Source: Ferroglobus placidus DSM 10642 | GTDB lineage: Archaea > Halobacteriota > Archaeoglobi > Archaeoglobales > Archaeoglobaceae | Direction: 5' to 3' | Assembly (NCBI RefSeq): GCF_000025505.1 | Contig: NC_013849.1 | Span: 420,001-452,000, forward strand | Length of the DNA: 32,000 nucleotides | Shown: piece after piece, positions 26,028-32,000 of the stretch | How the letters are laid out: every line of letters starts with the position of its first letter | How positions within the stretch are numbered: the stretch's first letter is position 1 | Made by a program: the position numbers and the translations under genes | The notes under the pieces: generated by a model | What the model was told of the DNA's origin: nothing | What the model saw: only the letters and a program-made list of their open reading frames with translations | The model's database searches: none

Positions 26028-26603
26028 CTACAGTTTACCTCCCGTCCTGGCTCTGGTCATCTCGGGAAACTTCTTGCTCATGAACACCACAAACGCCTCA
26101 TCTCTCTTGAACACCGCAAAGTCTTCGCGAAAATCCGGAGGATCACCCTTCCAGAATGACAGTGTAACTTCCAGCACCTCACCTCTGAGCAGCTTTCTGG
26201 CGAGAAGTTCCGGATACATGTCGTGCTGGGGCATCGGCACGGGGACATTTGCTACATAACCGCGACTCCGGTCCTCAATCCTGTACGACCCCTCCTTTGC
26301 CCTCGGCAACACGAGCGAAATCAGATGTGTGAGTATCTTCTCGCTAAACTCACTGCCAAGAGGGTATATGTCACAATCAACGAGTTCCTCAAACTTCTCG
26401 TACTCAAGATCGAATACATTAACAACCGAGTATTTTCCGCCTTTCCTGACAATGACGGCTTCATCTCTCATGATGTCAAGGTACATCTGCAGAGCCTTTT
26501 CAACATTTCTTGCAATGTCTCTCTTCCCGCTTATCGCTTTAATGGCATACCATACATCTTTGCCCACACCCACCTTAACCGCCTTCTTAGCGGCCGCACT
26601 CAT
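26028..26603 (-). CDS. RHH-like DNA-binding/regulatory protein, paralog B
   Basis: AVKVGVGKDVWYAIKAISGKRDIARNVEKALQMYLDIM; GGTGG upstream of the ATG at 26603. Confidence 0.7.
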   Translation of the reverse strand: MSAAAKKAVKVGVGKDVWYAIKAISGKRDIARNVEKALQMYLDIMRDEAVIVRKGGKYSVVNVFDLEYEKFEELVDCDIYPLGSEFSEKILTHLISLVLPRAKEGSYRIEDRSRGYVANVPVPMPQHDMYPELLARKLLRGEVLEVTLSFWKGDPPDFREDFAVFKRDEAFVVFMSKKFPEMTRARTGGKL

Positions 26604-26689
26604 TTTAACCACCTATTACTACGTATAGATATAATATTATTTAAAGCTTTTGGTTGGTTTTTTGGTGTTTGTTTGAGGAGGTGGTGTGT

Positions 26690-27010
26690 ATGCCCAAGTT
26701 GGCGAAATCCAAGCTTGTTAGGATAAACGCCGCCAGAAAGGCGGCCAGGAGAGTTGAGAGGGTTGAAAAAGATGGTGAGGCAAGTAGAGGAAAGAGGGTT
26801 GAGATGGATGGGTCGGTGGATGGGCCGGTGGAGATTCCCGTGAACGGATACTCAATCTACCACTTTCCGAACCTCAACCTGTTTGTAAAGGTCAGGTATG
26901 AAACCTGGCTCACCGCAAAGGGTTATCAGCCAAGCGAGAGCTCCCTGAAGAAAGTTACCCCCGAGTTTGTGTCAAAAGTCCTTGCTGCAAAGATAGAGGG
27001 GCGGCTGTGA
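26690..27010 (+). CDS. Small basic protein with FPNLNL domain
   Basis: RBS GAGGAGGTGGTGTGT-ATG; YSIYHFPNLNLFVKVRYETWLTAKGYQPSESSLKKVTPEFVSKVLAAKIEG. Confidence 0.75.
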   Translation: MPKLAKSKLVRINAARKAARRVERVEKDGEASRGKRVEMDGSVDGPVEIPVNGYSIYHFPNLNLFVKVRYETWLTAKGYQPSESSLKKVTPEFVSKVLAAKIEGRL

Positions 27011-27063
27011 GTAACACCCAACCGGTATTTTGATTTTTGGTGTTTGTTTGAGGAGGTGATATT

Positions 27064-27372
27064 ATGTTTAGAGTTAAGGAGTCTGAATCCCGGACTGGAA
27101 GAAAAATAAAGGTTCTGGAGTTCGAGCTTGAGGGCCCGATCAGCCCTCAAGACCTTCCCGAAATTGAGAAGATGCTCCCTGAAATTAGAGGTGCACACGT
27201 GCTCGTGATATCTGGCAGGGGTCCGATATGGCTATACTGCGTTATCTTGCACAAGTATATGCACATGTTCCCGGCCATTGGAGTGTATGATCCCAAACTT
27301 GAGGGAGCGGTTATTGTCGTTTCACACACAAGATATGCGGATGTGGGAACAGTAATCCCGATAGATTCCTAA
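27064..27372 (+). CDS. Hypothetical protein
   Basis: 102 aa; RBS GAGGAGGTGATATT-ATG. Confidence 0.75.
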   Translation: MFRVKESESRTGRKIKVLEFELEGPISPQDLPEIEKMLPEIRGAHVLVISGRGPIWLYCVILHKYMHMFPAIGVYDPKLEGAVIVVSHTRYADVGTVIPIDS

Positions 27373-27545
27373 CCCTGCCCGGGGACAGCCGGGCCTGCCC
27401 CGGGTCCCCCGGCCCGGGGCAGTATTAAGGGGTTTTTGTTGTTGCTGGCTGGATGGTCTGGCAGGGAGTATTCGGCTGGACTGGCCGGGTACTCCGGTCA
27501 GCCCATCGCCTGTTTTGTGGTTGAGGGAAATTAGGAGGTGGTAGT

Positions 27546-28475
27546 ATGGAGAGAGCAAAGGTAAGTGGGAAGGAGGTTGTGTTCCTGTCAGGGGAAGGTG
27601 CAAGCGTTCTGGGATATGCTGTCTGGTACACATTCAGCAGGTTTACAGAGCACAAGGATGTGGTGAAGGAATGGTTCAGCAAGCACGGGCTCGCGGAGTT
27701 CACACCGGAAGACCCTCACCACCCAAACGTGTTCAAGAGGATATGCTCCGAATACAAAGAGAAGAGAATCAAGTCGCTCGGAAGCACGGAGGTGTACCTG
27801 CTGGTCAGGCCCATCGACAGGGCGGGAAGAGTGAGGAAGCTCGTCATGGAAAAACGTTCAGAGGGCAGAAGGCTAAGCTATGAGGTCGTGGGCGAGATAG
27901 CCTACGATGAGGGGGTAGTGAGGTACAGCACCTCCGATCCTGATGCGGAGGAGGTTGCAAGAGAGATCGCAGGAAGATTTGAGAGGGAGAAGGACTGCCA
28001 CACGGAAGAAACACTGCGCAGGGCACTGCTGGACATAATCGAGAGGAGTGGCAAGGTGAAGCTGAAGCCATCCGGCAGCGTGTACTTCATCCCCGCCAGA
28101 GATTTCCACTACATCGAGAAGTTTGCAAGGATAGTGGAGGAGATCAGGCAAAGGCACCCGGACAACAGGACGGAGATATGGTTCGCGCCGATCATGGACA
28201 CCGAGCAGTTCAGGGACATGGTTAAGCTGAAGGTGGAAGACACGCTGCAGGAGACCCTTGATGCTGCGATAAAGAGAATGGTTGAGCTGAGCAGCGATAC
28301 TGTTGATGAGAGGGAGAGGGAGAGGAGGCTGAAGGAGATTGCAGCCACAGTTGACAACGCTGCAAAGGTTGCTGACAGATACAGCAAAATGCTCAGGCAG
28401 TCCTTGAACAGGACTGACAGGCTGCTTGAGAGGGCAAGAACGATTCTGGAAAAGCTGCAGAGAGCTGCTGAGTGA
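27546..28475 (+). CDS. Hypothetical alpha-helical-tailed protein
   Basis: 309 aa; RBS AGGAGGTGGTAGT-ATG; long C-terminal coiled-coil. Confidence 0.82.
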   Translation: MERAKVSGKEVVFLSGEGASVLGYAVWYTFSRFTEHKDVVKEWFSKHGLAEFTPEDPHHPNVFKRICSEYKEKRIKSLGSTEVYLLVRPIDRAGRVRKLVMEKRSEGRRLSYEVVGEIAYDEGVVRYSTSDPDAEEVAREIAGRFEREKDCHTEETLRRALLDIIERSGKVKLKPSGSVYFIPARDFHYIEKFARIVEEIRQRHPDNRTEIWFAPIMDTEQFRDMVKLKVEDTLQETLDAAIKRMVELSSDTVDERERERRLKEIAATVDNAAKVADRYSKMLRQSLNRTDRLLERARTILEKLQRAAE

Positions 28476-28517
28476 GTTTTCGGTTTTTTGTTTGATTTAA
28501 GGATTGGAGGTGATTGT

Positions 28518-29225
28518 ATGGAAGAGAGTGTGAGAATTAGGAAGGAAGGTGGAATCATAAAAGTAACCGGGCCAATGGAGGTATTGGCCCGGAAGGGCGA
28601 ACTTGTGATTTATCCCAGAGGAGTCGCCGAAGCCAAAACCAGGACTGAGACCTCCGAACCCGATATCGAAATAGTACTTCCTGGCCTCCCCACCTCGGAA
28701 ATAGTTGTGGTTCCAGAAGAGGAGGAAAAGGAAGAGGGAGAAGAGAAAGAAGGAGAAGAGAAAGAAGAGGTAAAAATCATAGAAACCGAGGAAGGCGACG
28801 TACTCATTTTGTGCAGGGAGAAAGATATCACAACTGAGAGATCACTCGCCCTTGTGAATCTGCTTGTAAACCATGACCTTCAGCGCATTACAATTGTGAC
28901 GGAGAAGAGAAAGATCACTCTGGACGAAATGCCTTCGGGTGTAGATGTACAGAACTGGCTTCAGCTGGCAGTTGACATTGCCACAGGCGTCAGAAGCAAC
29001 AGAAAGCATGACATAGTCGCCTTAAACCCCTGGAAAATCGTAAACGACTTCCCAGCCAGCATAAAGGACAGGGCCGTCAGAGCTGCCAGAAAGCTGGCAG
29101 ACAGGTACGGCTTTGACGAGGAGACAACAGGATTCCTTGCCTGGCGCCTCGCTGCAAAGACGCTGGATGCAGCAAGAACCCAGAGGTGGGAGGACGAGTT
29201 CGCAAGAATTGTACTCTCAAGTTAA
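28518..29225 (+). CDS. Hypothetical protein with acidic linker
   Basis: 235 aa from ATG 28518 (GGAGGTGATTGT-ATG); VVPEEEEKEEGEEKEGEEKEE linker between two domains. Confidence 0.78.
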   Translation: MEESVRIRKEGGIIKVTGPMEVLARKGELVIYPRGVAEAKTRTETSEPDIEIVLPGLPTSEIVVVPEEEEKEEGEEKEGEEKEEVKIIETEEGDVLILCREKDITTERSLALVNLLVNHDLQRITIVTEKRKITLDEMPSGVDVQNWLQLAVDIATGVRSNRKHDIVALNPWKIVNDFPASIKDRAVRAARKLADRYGFDEETTGFLAWRLAAKTLDAARTQRWEDEFARIVLSS

Positions 29226-29235
29226 TTTTTGGGTT

Positions 29236-29457
29236 ATGAGATTTAACAAACTGCTTGAAAAAGCAGTTTACGGCACCTTCATCTTGCTCTGGGGATACTA
29301 CTGGCACCACTACTACTCCCTCCTGTCATGGTTTTACGATCACAATCCCGAGTGGTGGGAGCCCCCAGTGTACTTCCATGTGGTGGCGATTGAAAGCTGG
29401 TTGCTGATCTCGCTCATTATGCTCACGCTGTGCGCATTCATGCTTGTGAGAAGATAA
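29236..29457 (+). CDS. Small aromatic-rich membrane protein
   Basis: MRFNKLLEKAVYGTFILLWGYYWHHYYSLLSWFYDHNPEWWEPPVYFHVVAIESWLLISLIMLTLCAFMLVRR; two hydrophobic segments. Confidence 0.65.
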   Translation: MRFNKLLEKAVYGTFILLWGYYWHHYYSLLSWFYDHNPEWWEPPVYFHVVAIESWLLISLIMLTLCAFMLVRR

Positions 29458-29526
29458 TCTCAGCTGTAGCTTTCGGTAGTTTTGATTTTTGAATTTGAAT
29501 TTGAATTAGAGGTTAGAGGTGATTTT

Positions 29527-30657
29527 ATGGGTAAGGCGGAAGGGATAGGTGAAAGCGGATACAGAAAGCTCCACAGCATCGCCCTTGAACTCTCCAATTT
29601 CTTCAAAGAGAGAGAGGAGCTGATAAAGCTAACAATTCTCGCCCTGCTCAGCAGGCAGCACATCTACATCCTCGGCCCTCCTGGGACTGCAAAATCCGCA
29701 GTTGCAAGAGCCATAGCTTCACACTTCAACGCAAGATACTTTGAGTGGCTTGTCACGAGGTTCACAACTCCAGAAGAGCTCTTCGGCCCAATCGATTTAG
29801 CAGCTCTGGAGAAGGGAGAATACAGGCGAATAACAGCAAACAAGCTACCAGAGGCTGAGATAGCGTTTGTTGATGAGATATTCAAGGCGAACAGCGCAAT
29901 ACTGAACTCTCTGCTGGCAATAATCAATGAGAGGATCTACCACGACAACGGAATGGTTATAAGGGTTCCGCTGAACACCCTGATTGCAGCATCGAACGAG
30001 CTTCCTGAGGATGAGAGGGAGCTTGCAGCCCTCTATGACAGACTCCTCATAAGGTACACGGTGGGATACATCAAAGATGATGCAAGCTTTGAGGAGATGC
30101 TGAAAGGGGGTGAAGAGTACACTCCAAAGACCAGAATAACGATGGATGAGCTGAAGGTGATGCAGGGACAGGTTGCCGGGATAGACATCTCACGGGTGAT
30201 ACCATCAATTGTGCAGCTGAGGAAATCCCTGAGGGAGAGCGGGATCGTGGTGAGTGACAGGCGCTTCAAGCAGTCCATATCCGTCATAAAGGCTCATGCA
30301 TTCTTCAGTGGCAGAAGTGCTGCAACGATAGACGATCTCAGGGTTCTGCAGCACATCATGTGGGACACTCCCGAGCAGATAAGGGCTGTGAGGGCGGTGA
30401 TCATGGACGCAGTCGATCCGTTTGCAAGGAAGGTGATGGAGTACAGGGACATAATCAGCGATTACTCATCCAGACTGCAGGGCAGGATAGATGCGGCGGA
30501 GATACAGGAGATAATGGCTAAGCTTAAGGTTGTTGAGAACGAAATCAAGGAGTTGAGCAGGATGGCTGTGAGCAGCGGGAGGGATACTGCTGAGCTGGAT
30601 GAAATCCTTGACGAGATACAGTCGCTGAAGATGAGCATGCTGGACAAGATGTTCTGA
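29527..30657 (+). CDS. MoxR-family AAA+ ATPase
   Basis: Walker A GPPGTAKSAVARAIA; Walker B EAEIAFVDEIFKANSAILNSLLAIINER; sensor-1 LIAASNELP; Arg-finger region ALYDRLLIRY; RBS AGAGGTGATTTT-ATG. Confidence 0.97.
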   Translation: MGKAEGIGESGYRKLHSIALELSNFFKEREELIKLTILALLSRQHIYILGPPGTAKSAVARAIASHFNARYFEWLVTRFTTPEELFGPIDLAALEKGEYRRITANKLPEAEIAFVDEIFKANSAILNSLLAIINERIYHDNGMVIRVPLNTLIAASNELPEDERELAALYDRLLIRYTVGYIKDDASFEEMLKGGEEYTPKTRITMDELKVMQGQVAGIDISRVIPSIVQLRKSLRESGIVVSDRRFKQSISVIKAHAFFSGRSAATIDDLRVLQHIMWDTPEQIRAVRAVIMDAVDPFARKVMEYRDIISDYSSRLQGRIDAAEIQEIMAKLKVVENEIKELSRMAVSSGRDTAELDEILDEIQSLKMSMLDKMF

Positions 30658-30754
30658 TAGGAGTGTATTACCTCAAAGCGAGCTTCAGGAGCGAAGAGGA
30701 GGCAGAGATGGCTGTCTTGGCGAGTTATCTGAGTTATCTTAATGAGGTGGTGGA

Positions 30755-32000
30755 ATGCTCGAAGATCTCCTCAAAATCTACGAGAAAGTACCATACACCG
30801 TGAAAAAGGACAGGCTTGACGACATGCTTTTCGGCAGGCACAGGGACAGGATTGTTGAGAAGGTGAAGGATAAGGTTAAGGAAGCAATACCCCAGTTTCC
30901 TCCATTAGTCACAGACACGTTCAACATTTTTCACAAGCCAGACCCGCAGTTTCTGGATGATAGCCAGATAGCTCCGGAGTTCAGGGTAAACAAGAGGGTG
31001 CTTGAGAAGATTATGAACACAGACACCTTCAGCGAGCTGAAGGAGACAACAACCCTTGACGATGTGAATTCTGCGATAGCCACAGCAATTCTCACGGAGA
31101 GGCTGTACGAGGAGCTTAAGAGTAAACTTGGGGAGATAAAGGAGCACACCGAGAAAATCCAGCAGCTGAGGAATCAGCTGCCAGGCAAGAGCGGAGAGGA
31201 TGTCAAGCAAGCACTCCAGCAGATCGAGGAGCACAGCAGGGCTTTACAAGGCATTGTAACACAGGGTGCTGTCAGCGTTGCTGTGAGAAAAGCCCAGGAG
31301 GAGTTTGAGAAGGTGCAGAATGCAATGGTAGCTCTTGGATTTGGAAATGAGCCGGGAAAACCAGTACAGGTTGACCCTGAGACAGCAATAAAGCTTGCCT
31401 CTGAGCTGAAAAGCAATGAACGGCTAAAAAAGATGGTGGAGCTGCTGGGGAAGATGCGGAACCTGCTGAAATCAACCGCCAAGGCCAAGCCGAGAAAGAG
31501 CATGCTTGAGCTGCACAGCATTACATCCGGCAGGGAAATCGAAAGATTGCTCCCATCAGAGATTCTGAAGCTCAGAAAATACAGGGTGGTGTTCCTCAGG
31601 GACTACTATGAGGGAAGGCTCTTACACTACGATTTGAAGAGGAGGGAGAAAGAGAGTAAGGGCCCGATAGTGATTGCTCTTGATCTGTCGGGATCGATGT
31701 CCGGAGCAAAGGAGCAGTGGGCCAAGGCAGTCTCGCTTGCCACAATAGATATTGCAGTGAAGGAGAGGCGCCCATGGGCCATTATAGCCTTCGACGCAGG
31801 GATAAAGGATGTTAAGGTGTTCAGAAAACAGCCGAAGCCCGAGGATGTTCTGGGGATAATGAGAATAGGAGCAAGCGGTGGGACAAACTTTGAAAAGCCC
31901 CTGAAAGAGGCAATGAAAATTGTTGAGGATTGCAGGGAATTCACAAAGGCAGACATCCTCTTCATCTCAGATGGTGACTGTAAGGTTGGGTGGGAATTCC
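30755..32000 (+). CDS. von Willebrand factor A domain (CoxE/ViaA-like partner) protein, 3'-partial
   Basis: Translation from ATG 30755: MLEDLLKIYEKVPYTVKKDRLDDMLFGR...GPIVIALDLSGSMSGAKEQWAKAVSL...IIAFDAGIKDV...GASGGTNFEKPLKEAM...ADILFISDGD. MIDAS DLSGSMS is present; the frame is open to the window end. Absent from the supplied track. Confidence 0.93.
   Translation, partial: MLEDLLKIYEKVPYTVKKDRLDDMLFGRHRDRIVEKVKDKVKEAIPQFPPLVTDTFNIFHKPDPQFLDDSQIAPEFRVNKRVLEKIMNTDTFSELKETTTLDDVNSAIATAILTERLYEELKSKLGEIKEHTEKIQQLRNQLPGKSGEDVKQALQQIEEHSRALQGIVTQGAVSVAVRKAQEEFEKVQNAMVALGFGNEPGKPVQVDPETAIKLASELKSNERLKKMVELLGKMRNLLKSTAKAKPRKSMLELHSITSGREIERLLPSEILKLRKYRVVFLRDYYEGRLLHYDLKRREKESKGPIVIALDLSGSMSGAKEQWAKAVSLATIDIAVKERRPWAIIAFDAGIKDVKVFRKQPKPEDVLGIMRIGASGGTNFEKPLKEAMKIVEDCREFTKADILFISDGDCKVGWEF

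Noticed and set aside
30661-30800. Short ~46-aa frame (MYYLKASFRSEEEAEMAVLASYLSYLNEVVEC...) between MoxR and vWA genes
   Set aside because: Overlaps the vWA start and lacks a clear RBS; possible but not supportable without comparative data.

Overview
The window looks like a thermophilic euryarchaeal genome segment rich in accessory material; lineage is inferred from style only. Left part (1-10.5 kb): two coupled, probably surface-exposed Ig-domain proteins, then minus-strand genes for a membrane-anchored transglutaminase-like protein, a small hypothetical protein, a polytopic membrane protein and an RHH-like regulator. Around 10.58-11.35 kb there are a tRNA-Glu(CTC)-like 5' fragment and a C-terminal DprA/SMF-like remnant, possibly an integration scar. 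The middle part (11.4-22.3 kb) is unusually structured: (i) three clusters of about 19 co-oriented ACCGGGGGTTAATTAA-type repeats, like iterons or a centromere; (ii) two inverted mini-arrays of a ~38-nt direct repeat (GTTGCAARAG...GATGATACGAGTCCACY, period ~73 nt), each preceded by the same conserved leader; (iii) a ~220-nt GC-rich block of hairpins that nearly all share a CC-TCC-GG apex, a candidate structured RNA; (iv) tRNA-like structures; (v) pyrimidine-rich repeats at both ends. The right part (22.0-32.0 kb) is a plus-strand train of small unknown genes with strong GGAGGTG ribosome-binding sites and similar T/G-rich leaders. It is interrupted by two opposite-strand RHH-like paralogs and ends in a MoxR AAA+ ATPase plus a vWA protein that runs off the window. 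The best candidates for undescribed biology are the leader/repeat mini-arrays, the CCTCCGG hairpin RNA, the GGGTTAAT repeat clusters and the MoxR-vWA-associated operon. One ORF in the supplied track (6851..8104) is labelled + but is on the minus strand. All family assignments are from motif reading, not searches.
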